The position numbers and the translations under genes are program-made. A DNA stretch of 62,932 nt, taken from Candidatus Aminicenantes bacterium (GTDB taxonomy: Bacteria; Acidobacteriota; Aminicenantia; Aminicenantales; Saccharicenantaceae). Positions 1-9,297 of this stretch are shown in pieces. Positions within the stretch are counted from its first letter, which is position 1, and every line of letters begins with the position of its first letter. Under the pieces are notes generated by a model. It worked only from the letters and a program-made list of their open reading frames with translations. It was not told the DNA's origin and searched no databases. The DNA lies in NCBI GenBank assembly GCA_041303965.1, contig JBFYOD010000165.1:1-62932 (forward strand). Reading direction: 5' to 3'.

Positions 1-27
1 AAGATAAATATGGGTTAAAACCATTTT

Positions 28-86
28 TGGGTTAAAACATACTTTTTACGCATAAATGGTTAAAAAGTAGTTTTGACCCCCTCTTG
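28..86. repeat. Degenerate copy of the GGGGTCAAACCTAC/GTAGGTTTGACCCC inverted doublet
   Basis: 67-86 GTAGTTTTGACCCCCTCTTG matches 48239-48258 at 19/20. 28-49 TGGGTTAAAACATACTTTTTAC resembles 47536-47556 GGGGTCAAACCTACTTTTTAC. Confidence 0.65.
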
Positions 87-100
87 CTTTAGAGTATAAT
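73..100 (+). promoter_or_regulatory. sigma70-type promoter for the pst operon
   Basis: TTGACC (73-78) - 16 nt - TATAAT (95-100), about 30 nt upstream of the pstS start. Confidence 0.6.
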
Positions 101-130
101 TTCTCCCGACGCGAATATGCCCGAAATGAC

Positions 131-931
131 ATGATGCGCCATCGGTTCGCACCTATCCTCGTGGCCCTTGGTGTCGTCCTTTTTCCGGCCTGCCGCGGCG
201 GACGGTCGCAGACCGACATGACCCTGGCCGGTTCGACGAGCATCCAGCCGTTCGCCGACAAGTGGGCCGAGGTCTTCATGGAAAAGCGTCCCGGACTGGG
301 GGTCAACGTCCAGGGCGGCGGCTCGAGCGCCGGCATCCAGGCCTGCAAGAGCGGCGCTTGCCAGATCGGGATGTCCTCGCGGGAGCTCAAGGGCGACGAG
401 AAGGACCTCTTCGAGATCGTCGTGGCCCGGGACGGACTGGCCATCATCGTCCACCCCTCCAACCCGGTCCTGGGGGTTAAGCTCGCCGAGGTCAAGCAGA
501 TCTTTTCGGGCGATCTGCGCAACTGGAAACTCCTCGGAGGTAAGGACCGCGAGATGACCGTCGTCACCCGGGAGGAAGGGTCCGGGACGCGGGGGGCCTT
601 CCAGGAGCTGGTCATGGGCAAGACCCGGATCTATCGGGGTGCCATTACAGAGGACTCCAACGGCACGGTCCGGGAGATCGTCGCCCACGATCCCTATTCC
701 ATCGGCTTCATATCGCTCGGCCTGGTCAACGAACAGGTCCGGGCCCTCGAGCTCGATGGGGTCGTGGGGAACGAGGCGCATATCCGGGACGGGAGCTATA
801 AGCTCGTCCGGCCTTTTTTATTCCTCAGCCGGGGCGAACCGACGGGCCTGGCGAAGGAGTTCGTCGACTTCGTCCTTTCGGACGAAGGCCAGATGCTGAT
901 CAAGAAGGAGGGCCTCCTCCCGGTCAAGTGA
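131..931 (+). CDS. pstS: Phosphate ABC transporter substrate-binding lipoprotein
   Basis: AGSTSIQP, QGGGSSAG, REEGSGTRG motifs; lipoprotein-type signal; first gene of pst operon. Confidence 0.95.
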   Translation: MMRHRFAPILVALGVVLFPACRGGRSQTDMTLAGSTSIQPFADKWAEVFMEKRPGLGVNVQGGGSSAGIQACKSGACQIGMSSRELKGDEKDLFEIVVARDGLAIIVHPSNPVLGVKLAEVKQIFSGDLRNWKLLGGKDREMTVVTREEGSGTRGAFQELVMGKTRIYRGAITEDSNGTVREIVAHDPYSIGFISLGLVNEQVRALELDGVVGNEAHIRDGSYKLVRPFLFLSRGEPTGLAKEFVDFVLSDEGQMLIKKEGLLPVK

Positions 932-947
932 CCGGGGGCAGCGCGCG

Positions 948-1841
948 ATGGACACGTCATCGAAAGGGCGGGGCAAGAACAGGCTTGAACGCAACGATCG
1001 CCTTGTCCGCCTGGCCCTCCTTGTCGTCGCTCTGTCGGCCATCACGATCCTCCTTGTCATCACGATATTCATAATCGGGCAGGGGACTCCGATCATGTTC
1101 AAGTACGGCCTGAAGAGCTTCCTGGCGGGGGGAGAATGGTATCCTTCGGAAAAGCTCTTTGGGCTCTGGCCGATGATCGTCGGCTCCCTCTACGTCACCC
1201 TGGGTGCCATGGTCCTGGGCGTCCCCTTCGGCCTGGCCTGCGCCATCGTCCTGACGGAGTTCTCCTCCAAACGCGTCCGGCGCGTCATCAAGCCGGTGAT
1301 CGAGCTCTTGGCCGGGATCCCTTCGGTCGTCTACGGTTTCATGGGCGTCATCATCCTCGTCCCCTTCATCCGCGAGACGCTCGGAGGCCCGGGTCTCTCG
1401 GTCCTGGCCGCTTCGATCATCCTGGGCATCATGATTCTGCCGACGATCATCAGCATCTCCGTGGATTCCCTCCAGGCTATCCCTCCGAGCTACCGGGAAG
1501 GGTCTGTCGCCCTTGGGGCCACGAAGTGGCAGACCGTCAAGATGGTGCTTCTGCCGGCAGCCCGTTCGGGCATCATCGCCAGCATCATCCTGGGCATGGG
1601 CCGGGCCATCGGGGAGACCATGGCCGTCATCATGATCGCCGGGAACGCGGCCAGCGTTCCGCACTCGATCCTCGATCCGGTCCGGACCCTGACCTCGAAC
1701 ATCGCCCTGGAAATGGGCTACGCGGCCGGTGAACATCGCCAGGCCCTCTTCGCCACGGGCGTCATCCTCTTCATCATCATCATGATCCTGAACACGGTCG
1801 CCAACGTGACGGCTTCCCGGATGAAGGGCACGAAGAGATGA
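948..1841 (+). CDS. pstC: Phosphate ABC transporter permease PstC
   Basis: ELLAGIPSVVYG, LGMGRAIGETMAV motifs. Confidence 0.95.
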   Translation: MDTSSKGRGKNRLERNDRLVRLALLVVALSAITILLVITIFIIGQGTPIMFKYGLKSFLAGGEWYPSEKLFGLWPMIVGSLYVTLGAMVLGVPFGLACAIVLTEFSSKRVRRVIKPVIELLAGIPSVVYGFMGVIILVPFIRETLGGPGLSVLAASIILGIMILPTIISISVDSLQAIPPSYREGSVALGATKWQTVKMVLLPAARSGIIASIILGMGRAIGETMAVIMIAGNAASVPHSILDPVRTLTSNIALEMGYAAGEHRQALFATGVILFIIIMILNTVANVTASRMKGTKR

Positions 1842-2674
1842 GGATCGACCCCCGGACCGAGCAGAAGATCGTCCGGATCGTCCTCTGGACCTTGACCGGC
1901 ATCACGGTCGCCATCCTCTTCTTCATCATCGCCTTCATCCTTAGGAAAGGCGTTCCCGCCCTGGGATGGGACTTCCTGACCAAGAACCCCGTGGACATGG
2001 GCAAGGGCGGCGGCATTTTCTCGACCGTCGTCGGGACCATCGTCCTGACCGTGGGCGCTCTGGTCATCGCGATCCCCCTCGGAGTCGGGACGGCCATCTA
2101 CCTCACCGAATACACTTGGGAAGGCCCGGTGACCCGGGTTATCCGGTTCGGGGCCGAATGCCTAGCCGGCATCCCCTCGATCATTTTCGGCCTCTTCGGC
2201 TTCATCCTCTTCGTCACCAAGCTCAAGTTTGGCTGGTCGATCCTGAGCGGCAGCCTGACCCTGGCCTTCATGATCCTTCCGACCATCATCCGGACATCGG
2301 AGGAGGCCATCAAGAGCGTGCCTCCGGTCTACCGGACCGTCAGCTTCTCCCTGGGCAGCACGAAATGGCAGACCGTCATCCGCGTGGTCCTCCCTTCGGC
2401 CCTGCCCGGGATCGTGACGGGGGTCATCCTGAGCGTCGGCCGCAGCATCGGCGAAACCGCGGCCGTCATCTTCACGGCGGGCAGCGCCCTGCGCCTTCCG
2501 ACGTCCCTCTTTGCCTCCTCCCGGACGATGTCCGTCCATTTCTACATCCTGGCCCGGGAAGGGATCTCGATGTCCAACGCTTACGGCACCGCCGCCATAC
2601 TGATCATCGCCATCCTGGGGATCAACGTTCTGACCTATTACCTGATGAATAGATTCATCAAGAAGTACTCATGA
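1838..2674 (+). CDS. pstA: Phosphate ABC transporter permease PstA
   Basis: LAGIPSIIFGLFG, GRSIGETAA motifs; ATGA overlap with pstC. Confidence 0.95.
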   Translation: MRIDPRTEQKIVRIVLWTLTGITVAILFFIIAFILRKGVPALGWDFLTKNPVDMGKGGGIFSTVVGTIVLTVGALVIAIPLGVGTAIYLTEYTWEGPVTRVIRFGAECLAGIPSIIFGLFGFILFVTKLKFGWSILSGSLTLAFMILPTIIRTSEEAIKSVPPVYRTVSFSLGSTKWQTVIRVVLPSALPGIVTGVILSVGRSIGETAAVIFTAGSALRLPTSLFASSRTMSVHFYILAREGISMSNAYGTAAILIIAILGINVLTYYLMNRFIKKYS

Positions 2675-2693
2675 GCGGGGAGCAGCGGATAAC

Positions 2694-3452
2694 ATGAGCG
2701 ACGTGGCCATCCGGGTCCGCGGGTTCAGCCAGTTCTTCGGCGGCGTAGGCAAGATCAACGCCCTCGACCTGGACGTCCACCGGAACGAGATCCTGGGCAT
2801 CATCGGGCCGGCCCGGAGCGGCAAGTCGACCTTCCTCTGCGCCCTCAACCGCCTCAACGATCTCGTTCGCGGCTCGCGTCATGAGGGGACGATCATGATC
2901 GACGGCCGGGACATCAATGCCCCCGACGTGGACGTCGTCGAGCTGCGCCGGAAGCTGGGTATGGTCTTCGCCACGCCGGTGCCGCTGCCGCGCTCGATCT
3001 TCGAGAACGTCGCTTTCGGCGCGAGGATGGCCGGCATCCACGACCGGGCCCGGCTCGACGTCCTCGTCCGGGACAGCCTGGAGAAGGGCGGGCTATGGGA
3101 GGAGGTCAAGGACCGGCTGAGAACGAGCGGCCTGAAGCTCTCGGGCGGCCAGCAGCAGCGCCTCTGCCTGGCCCGGATCCTGGCCGTCCTTCCTGAGTTC
3201 ATCCTGCTCGATGAGCCGACCTCGGGGCTCGACCCCATCTCGACGATGAAGATCGAGGACTCTCTGCGGAAGCTCAAGAAGGACTACACGATCATCCTGG
3301 TCACCAACAACACCAAGCAGGCGGCGCGGGTCGCCGACCGTACGGCCTTCTTTCTGAGCGGCGGGCTGGTCGAGGTCGGCCCGACGGCGCAGATCTTCAC
3401 CGCGCCGACGGATCAGCGCACGGACGATTACCTCCGGGGAAGGTTCGGCTAA
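2694..3452 (+). CDS. pstB: Phosphate ABC transporter ATP-binding protein (copy 1, H-loop His replaced by Asn)
   Basis: GPARSGKST, LSGGQQQRL, LLDEPTS, VTNNTKQA, C-terminal YLRGRFG. Confidence 0.92.
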   Translation: MSDVAIRVRGFSQFFGGVGKINALDLDVHRNEILGIIGPARSGKSTFLCALNRLNDLVRGSRHEGTIMIDGRDINAPDVDVVELRRKLGMVFATPVPLPRSIFENVAFGARMAGIHDRARLDVLVRDSLEKGGLWEEVKDRLRTSGLKLSGGQQQRLCLARILAVLPEFILLDEPTSGLDPISTMKIEDSLRKLKKDYTIILVTNNTKQAARVADRTAFFLSGGLVEVGPTAQIFTAPTDQRTDDYLRGRFG

Positions 3453-3458
3453 ACCGCC

Positions 3459-4211
3459 ATGAACATCATCGAAGTCCGCGGCTTGTCCTTCCACTACGGG
3501 AAGTTCCAGGCCTTGAAGGACATCAGCCTGGACATCGGGAAAAACCGTATCACCGCCCTCATCGGCCCCTCGGGCTGCGGCAAGACCACCTTCCTCCGCT
3601 CGCTCAACCGCATGACCGACCTCATCGACGACGTCCGGGTCACGGGAACCGTCCTCATCGACGGGGAGGACATCTACCAGCCCGGCACCGATCTGCTCCG
3701 CCTCCGCAAGAAGGTGGGCATGGTCTTCCAGAGGCCTAATCCGTTCCCGCTGAGCGTCTTCGACAACGTTGTCTATGGCCTCCGGGTTCACGGCATCCGC
3801 GACTCCAAGGTCCTCGAGGAGACGCTCGTCCGCAGCCTCGAATCCGTCCATCTCTGGGACGAGCTCAAGGATCGGCTGGACGTGAACGCGCTCACCCTCT
3901 CGGGCGAACAGCAGCAGCGGCTGTGCATTGCCCGCCTGGTCGCCGTCGAGCCGGAGATCCTCCTCATGGATGAACCGTGTTCGGCCCTCGACCTGGCGGC
4001 CACGGCCAACATCGAGAACCTCATGGCCGAGCTCAAAAAGCGTTACACGATCCTCATCGTTACCCACAACATGCAGCAGGCGGCCCGGGTCTCGGACGTT
4101 ACCGGCTACTTCCTCCTCGGCGAACTTGTCGAGATCGGCGAGACCCAGCAGATATTCACCAACCCGCAAGATTCCAGGACAGAAGACTACATCACGGGGA
4201 GGTTCGGTTAG
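3459..4211 (+). CDS. pstB: Phosphate ABC transporter ATP-binding protein (copy 2, signature LSGEQ)
   Basis: [41 protein letters not shown]. Confidence 0.93.
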   Translation: MNIIEVRGLSFHYGKFQALKDISLDIGKNRITALIGPSGCGKTTFLRSLNRMTDLIDDVRVTGTVLIDGEDIYQPGTDLLRLRKKVGMVFQRPNPFPLSVFDNVVYGLRVHGIRDSKVLEETLVRSLESVHLWDELKDRLDVNALTLSGEQQQRLCIARLVAVEPEILLMDEPCSALDLAATANIENLMAELKKRYTILIVTHNMQQAARVSDVTGYFLLGELVEIGETQQIFTNPQDSRTEDYITGRFG

Positions 4212-4296
4212 GATTGGGGGTATAATGGGGAAAGAGAGTCTTGCGGTGAAACCTCCGGAGGGAAGGGTTCGTTTCTTTCTATAGGGAGGACGAACG

Positions 4297-5133
4297 ATGA
4301 AGAGACCGCTCCTGACGGCTTCTTTGGCGGCCGCGGCCGCCGTTCTTTCAGCGGCCTGCATCATGGTCATGGACCCGGAGCAGACGACGTCCTGGCAGCC
4401 CCGGGGCGAATTCCGGCGGACGGTCGAGTTCGCGGCGGGCGGAACGCTCGCGCTCGAGAACGAGTCCGGCAATGTCGAGATCACCGGTTGGGACAAGGAT
4501 GTCGTGGAGGTCGTCGCTCAGGGCGCGTCCGCGGAACCGAGCGAGAAACGCAAGGTCCGGGCCTACGGCTTTTGGGAGATCAAGCCCGACGTCGAGATCA
4601 AGCAGACCGATGGCCGCCTCTTGATCAGGACGCGTCCCTTTGACGGCCCTGGCGACCTGCCTGCCGTTGATTACACGATCCATGTTCCGAACTCGATCAT
4701 CCTCGGCGCGATACGCATGGGCGAAGGCGACCTGACCGTCTCCGATGTCTTCGGACGCATCGAGGCCTCGCTCGACAAGGGCGGCCTCGCCGTGAGCAAT
4801 TTTTCGGGCTCCGTCGACCTCTCCATCGGGACGGGCTCGGCAGACGTCGAGGTCCTCGACGTCCGTGACCAGGATACGATCGCCATTTCGTCGCGGGTCG
4901 GCGACATCGTCCTCCGACTCGCCGCCGGCACGGGCGCCCGGATCGAGGCCGAAGCGCCCCACGGCGAAGTGAGCAGCGATCTCGACCTGGGCGCGAAGAC
5001 GCCCGCGCCGAGCGTTTCGGGCCGGATCGGCCCGGGCGGGGCGGCCGTCACGTTGAAGGCCTCGGAGGGGAGGATCAAGATCATCGCCATCAAGGATGTC
5101 TCCGGGGCCGCCGGGACCATGAAAGGGAAGTGA
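4297..5133 (+). CDS. DUF4097-like beta-strand repeat (adhesin-like) lipoprotein
   Basis: Signal ending SAAC; repeated SG/GDI/GSV beta-strand pattern; RBS GGAGG. Confidence 0.7.
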   Translation: MKRPLLTASLAAAAAVLSAACIMVMDPEQTTSWQPRGEFRRTVEFAAGGTLALENESGNVEITGWDKDVVEVVAQGASAEPSEKRKVRAYGFWEIKPDVEIKQTDGRLLIRTRPFDGPGDLPAVDYTIHVPNSIILGAIRMGEGDLTVSDVFGRIEASLDKGGLAVSNFSGSVDLSIGTGSADVEVLDVRDQDTIAISSRVGDIVLRLAAGTGARIEAEAPHGEVSSDLDLGAKTPAPSVSGRIGPGGAAVTLKASEGRIKIIAIKDVSGAAGTMKGK

Positions 5134-5142
5134 GGGAAAACC

Positions 5143-5985
5143 ATGGACGATCTCCATCTCGACGACGAACAAGCGAACGAGCCGAAGAAGATCCGGGGCC
5201 TCGCGATCGCCATCTTCGCGATCTTGGCCATCGCCGCGGCCATGTATTATCTCGTCTTCATGAAGAAACCGGCCGCGCCCGTGGCCTCGCAGGAGCCGCT
5301 TGCCGAGTCGGTGACGCCGACTGGTGGGGGGAAGACCGCTGCCGGGGGATCAGGGGAGCCGCTCGGCTTTCCCCCCGTTGCGCTCGGAGAGAGCGACGCG
5401 GCCGTCCGGGAATTCGCCCTCGCCCTGTCGACGAACCCGGAGTTCGCCAAGTGGCTGTTGACGAAGGACCTCGTCCGGAAATTCGTCGTGGCCGTCGACA
5501 ATGTCGCCAACGGTCTGAGCCCCAAGCCGCACGTCGATTTCTTTGCGCTCACCGGGCAATTCCGCGTCGTCAGGACGAAAGAGGGCACATTCGTCGATGA
5601 GGCGTCGTATTCCCGCTACGACCCCGTCACCGGCGTCGTTCTTTCCTTGGATGCGGCTTCCGCCGCCCGCCTCTACAGGGCCGTCAAGCCGCTCCTCCAG
5701 GAGGCCTACCGGGACCTTGGCTATCCCGGCGTCGACTTCGAGGACACGCTCGTCCGGGCCATGGCCGAACTCCTCGGAACGCCCGTCGTGGAAGGCCCCG
5801 TCAGGCTGGAGCAGAAGATCCTGAGCTACGAGATGACCGACGAGAAGCTCGAGAGCCTAAGCCAGGCGCAGAAGCAGCTCCTTCGTCTGGGCCCGAAGGG
5901 CGTCCGCGCGGTGCAGAGTAAGCTGAGGGAGCTAGCCGCCGCGCTCGGGATCTTGGAATCGCGCCTGCCGCAATCAAAAACCTAA
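5143..5985 (+). CDS. DUF3014 domain membrane-anchored protein
   Basis: Single TM; VDNVANG, SYSRYD, PLLQEAYRDLGYP, LSQAQKQLLRLGP motifs. Confidence 0.8.
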   Translation: MDDLHLDDEQANEPKKIRGLAIAIFAILAIAAAMYYLVFMKKPAAPVASQEPLAESVTPTGGGKTAAGGSGEPLGFPPVALGESDAAVREFALALSTNPEFAKWLLTKDLVRKFVVAVDNVANGLSPKPHVDFFALTGQFRVVRTKEGTFVDEASYSRYDPVTGVVLSLDAASAARLYRAVKPLLQEAYRDLGYPGVDFEDTLVRAMAELLGTPVVEGPVRLEQKILSYEMTDEKLESLSQAQKQLLRLGPKGVRAVQSKLRELAAALGILESRLPQSKT

Positions 5986-6022
5986 ATCCCCGGGTCCGAT
6001 TGAGCCGCGGCCCAGAACGGGC

Positions 6023-6982
6023 CTATTTCCAGCGGAAGGGTTCGTCTTTCCTGAAATCGGGGACGAGATGTTCGTCCGGCCGGAAGGGTTCCGGCTGGAG
6101 GAAGAGGCGTTCGAAGCCGAGCCCGAGGGCCTCGTCGGCGGCCCGCCGGTATTCTTCCTCGGAAACGCCGCGCTGGATCTCGTCCGGCGCCCGGAAACAG
6201 GGATGATACTGGCTCATCAGGCTCAATCCGATGAACGGAGAGAGGTTCTCGCGGACCCACTTCAGGATGACGAGCGTGTCTTCGACCGAGCCGGGGAGGA
6301 TGAGATGCCGGATGACGAGCCCCCTGCGGGCCGTCCCGCCGGGTACGAGGTCGAGGGCGGGCTGCTGGAGGGCCATCTCCCGGACGGCTTCGGAGGCCCG
6401 GACGAAATAGTCTCCGGCCGCCGAATACTTTTTCGAGATGGCCGGCGAATGGTATTTCAGGTCGGGCAGATAGATATCAACGATCCCCTCCAGGGCCTGG
6501 ATGACCGCGATGCTATCGTAGCCGTTGGAATTCCAGACGAGGGGTATGTCGAGGCCTTCGGAGAGGGCGATGCGGAGGGCCCGGAGGATGGGCAGGACGA
6601 CGTGAGAAGGCGAGACGAAATTGATGTTATGGGCGCCTTTAACTTGGAGCCCGAGCATCAGGGCCGCGAGCTCCTCGTCGGTGACGGGCTTTCCCTCAAG
6701 GAGCCAGCTGATCTGGTAGTTTTGGCAGAAAAGGCACTTGAGGTTGCAGCCCGTGAAGAAGATGGTCCCGGAACCGGACTTGCCGCTGATCACCGGCTCC
6801 TCGCCGAAGTGGAGCAGGGCGTGGGAGACCGAGGCGAGACGGCCCGTTTGGCAGACGCCTTCCGCTCCCTTCGTCCTATCCACCCGGCAATCCCGCGGAC
6901 AGAGCGTGCAGGCCGATTCGAGAGGAGAGAGCCGGGCCAGGGCCTTCTCGACCAGCTCCAATTTCCTATCCGCATACGCCAT
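6023..6982 (-). CDS. PflX-family radical SAM protein
   Basis: CTLCPRDCRVDR, GSGTIFFTGCNLKCLFCQNYQIS, DIYLPDLKY, RHLILPG. Confidence 0.9.
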   Translation of the reverse strand: MAYADRKLELVEKALARLSPLESACTLCPRDCRVDRTKGAEGVCQTGRLASVSHALLHFGEEPVISGKSGSGTIFFTGCNLKCLFCQNYQISWLLEGKPVTDEELAALMLGLQVKGAHNINFVSPSHVVLPILRALRIALSEGLDIPLVWNSNGYDSIAVIQALEGIVDIYLPDLKYHSPAISKKYSAAGDYFVRASEAVREMALQQPALDLVPGGTARRGLVIRHLILPGSVEDTLVILKWVRENLSPFIGLSLMSQYHPCFRAPDEIQRGVSEEEYRRAADEALGLGFERLFLQPEPFRPDEHLVPDFRKDEPFRWK

Positions 6983-7050
6983 GCCGTCTATTTTAACACA
7001 GAGCCCCGGCCATTGATTCGAGGGGCGGCCGCGGGTATAGTAGGGGACTC

Positions 7051-7716
7051 ATGGAACTGATCAACAAGATCCTCGACATCGCGCTTCATCTCGACAAGTA
7101 TCTCAGCGCCATCATCCAGCAGTACGGCCTGTGGACTTACGCCATTCTTTTCGTGGTCATCTTCATCGAGACCGGATTCGTGGTCATGCCCTTCCTGCCG
7201 GGGGATTCCCTGCTTTTCGCCGCGGGGACGTTCGCCGCGCTCGGGGCGCTCAAGGTCGGTTGGCTGATCGCGCTCCTGGCCGCGGCGGCCATCATCGGGG
7301 ATACGGTGAACTACTGGGTCGGCCATTTCCTCGGGCCCAAGGTCTTCAGCAAGGAAAAAGCCCGGTTCTTCAAGAAGGAACACCTCGACAGGACGCACGC
7401 CTTCTACGAAAAGCACGGCGGCAAGACGATCATCATCGCCCGCTTCGTGCCGATCGTCCGGTCCTTCGCCCCCTTGGTCGCGGGGATCGGGCGGATGTCC
7501 TACGGCAAGTTCATCGCCTATAACGTCATCGGGGGGGTCGGCTGGGTCGTCCTGCTCGTCGGCGCGGGCTATTTCTTCGGCAACATCCCGGTCGTGAAAA
7601 ATAATTTTTCCCTGGCCATCCTGGCCATCATCGCCCTATCGACGGTCCCCATCGTGACCGAATATCTGCGCCACCATAAAAAAAAGCCGGTTTCTCCGCC
7701 CGAGCGTCGCCCCTAG
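7051..7716 (+). CDS. dedA: DedA family membrane protein
   Basis: ETGFVVMPFLPGDSLLF, HGGKTIIIARFVP. Confidence 0.93.
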   Translation: MELINKILDIALHLDKYLSAIIQQYGLWTYAILFVVIFIETGFVVMPFLPGDSLLFAAGTFAALGALKVGWLIALLAAAAIIGDTVNYWVGHFLGPKVFSKEKARFFKKEHLDRTHAFYEKHGGKTIIIARFVPIVRSFAPLVAGIGRMSYGKFIAYNVIGGVGWVVLLVGAGYFFGNIPVVKNNFSLAILAIIALSTVPIVTEYLRHHKKKPVSPPERRP

Positions 7717-7718
7717 GA

Positions 7719-7959
7719 GCCGCTCAGGCGGTGCTGAGGCCGCCCTGAAGACCCCCGTAGCGGAAGGGCGGCAGGGGAGCGAAGTCTTCGTAGCGACCAG
7801 CAGAAGTGAGGTGGAGCGGCCCGGAGCGGCACTTCTGGGAAGTATTTGAATCGAGTCTTGGATATCAGGTCTCAGAAGATTCCCTGGCCGACCGCCGGGA
7901 CTGGTTCCCTGGGGGGCCGGGGGGCAAAGGGTGGCCTCAGTACCGAAAACCTGAGCGGC
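7719..7959. repeat. MITE/REP-like modular palindromic element
   Basis: Imperfect terminal inverted repeats 7719-7746 and 7928-7959. Arms are shared with 50316-50349 (32/34) and 50379-50400 (22/22). The internal hairpin is shared with 47473-47527 and 48163-48217. Confidence 0.8.
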
Positions 7960-8006
7960 GATATCTCGGATGATGAATGACAGAAAATCGAGGATGAAAA
8001 CGCAGT

Positions 8007-8813
8007 CTATCGCTTGCCCGACGCCAGCGTTTTGGCCAGGCTGCGGAGCTTAGGGGAGGACAGGGCGTGGTGGGCGGTCATGTCGGTGTGCAACGGGGTC
8101 AACGAGATGTAGCCTTCATGGGCGGCCATGACGTCGGTGCTGGCGTCGCCGACCCGCCTGGGAACTCCGGTCCCGATCCAGAAATAGGTCGAGTTGCGCG
8201 GGTCGATCTTTTCGATGATCTCCGGGTCGTAGAACTTCCAGCCCAGTCGAGTGATCTTGACGCCCTTGACCGGCGGGGGCGGGATGTTGACGTTGAGGGC
8301 CGTCCCGGGCGGCAGGCCCGAGGCCAGGACGCTTGCGGCGATCGTCCGGACGGCCTCCGCGGCGAACTTCAGGTCGAAGCCGCCGGATGCGCCGGGAAGA
8401 AGAGAAACCGCGATCGACGGGATGCCGAGAAACGTCCCCTGGATCGCTCCGGCGACCGTCCCGGAGTAGTTGATGTCCTGCTGGCCGAGGTTCGGCCCGG
8501 GGTTCATCCCCGAAATGATGAGGTCGGGGCGGCGGGGGAGGAGCTTCTGGAGGGCGAAATAGATGCAGTCGCCCGGCGTCCCCTCGACGGCCCAGACCCT
8601 CGGCTTGACGTGTTGGATGCGAAGGGGCTGGCGGAGGGTGATGGCCAGCGAACAGGCGCTTTTTTCCCGGTCCGGCGCGACGATGTAGGTCCGGCCGAGC
8701 GTCTGAAGACGGCGGTAGAGGATCTGGATCGTCTCAACGTAGAAGCCGTCGTCGTTGGTCAGAAGGATGACGGGGCGGCGGGCGGCGGCCCGGGCCTTCG
8801 GGGCGTTTTTCAC
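8007..8813 (-). CDS. surE: 5'/3'-nucleotidase SurE
   Basis: ILLTNDDG, APDREKSACS, EGTPGDC, SGMNPGPNLG, YSGTVAGA. GTG start at 8813 overlaps the cupin stop; the longer ORF call runs through the tRNA. Confidence 0.92.
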   Translation of the reverse strand: MKNAPKARAAARRPVILLTNDDGFYVETIQILYRRLQTLGRTYIVAPDREKSACSLAITLRQPLRIQHVKPRVWAVEGTPGDCIYFALQKLLPRRPDLIISGMNPGPNLGQQDINYSGTVAGAIQGTFLGIPSIAVSLLPGASGGFDLKFAAEAVRTIAASVLASGLPPGTALNVNIPPPPVKGVKITRLGWKFYDPEIIEKIDPRNSTYFWIGTGVPRRVGDASTDVMAAHEGYISLTPLHTDMTAHHALSSPKLRSLAKTLASGKR

Positions 8814-9160
8814 GCGGACTTCTTGATCATGACGAGGAGCATCTTGAACCGGGTCACGGCCCGGAGGGCGTGCGGGATCGCGGCCGGCATGATGATCATC
8901 TCGCCCGGTTTGACCCGGTTGACCTTGCCGCCGATGGTGACGTCGGCCTCGCCGTCGAGGTCGATGGCCATGGCGTCGAAAGGCGCCGTGTGCTCGCTCA
9001 GCTGCTCGCCCTCGTCGAAGGCGAACGCGGTCACCGTGCCCGTCGGCTGGCTGACGACCTCGCGGCTGACGATGGCGCCGTCCTGGTAATTGACAAGCCC
9101 GGCCAGGTCGATGGCCCGGGCCTTCAGGTCTTCCGTGCTCTTGTCTTTGGTGATCTTCAT
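8810..9160 (-). CDS. Cupin domain protein
   Basis: GAIVSR, AFDEGEQLSEHTAP, MPAAIPHAL; ATG at 9160. Confidence 0.88.
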   Translation of the reverse strand: MKITKDKSTEDLKARAIDLAGLVNYQDGAIVSREVVSQPTGTVTAFAFDEGEQLSEHTAPFDAMAIDLDGEADVTIGGKVNRVKPGEMIIMPAAIPHALRAVTRFKMLLVMIKKSA

Positions 9161-9188
9161 TGAAACGATCCTTTGGAGGAAGAGAAAG

Positions 9189-9265
9189 TGGTCGGGACGG
9201 GCGGATTTGAACCGCCGACCCCATGCACCCCAAGCATGTGCGCTACCAGGCTGCGCCACGTCCCG
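9189..9265 (-). tRNA. tRNA-Pro(GGG)
   Basis: CGGGACG acceptor; anticodon stem CATGC/GCATG with loop TTGGGGT; GGTTCAAATCC T arm; CCA end. Confidence 0.96.
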
Positions 9266-9297
9266 AACAGAGGCCCCTTATTATAGCAGAAACGGGG

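Noticed and set aside
11-66. GGTTAAAA direct repeats upstream of pstS as PHO boxes
   Set aside because: Periods are 17 and 28 bp rather than 11 bp, and the sequence is better explained as a decayed copy of the doublet repeat. Not fully excluded.
8007-9259. ORF-track extensions of surE and cupin through tRNA-Pro
   Set aside because: They overlap the tRNA and the neighbouring gene; better starts exist at 8813 (GTG) and 9160 (ATG).
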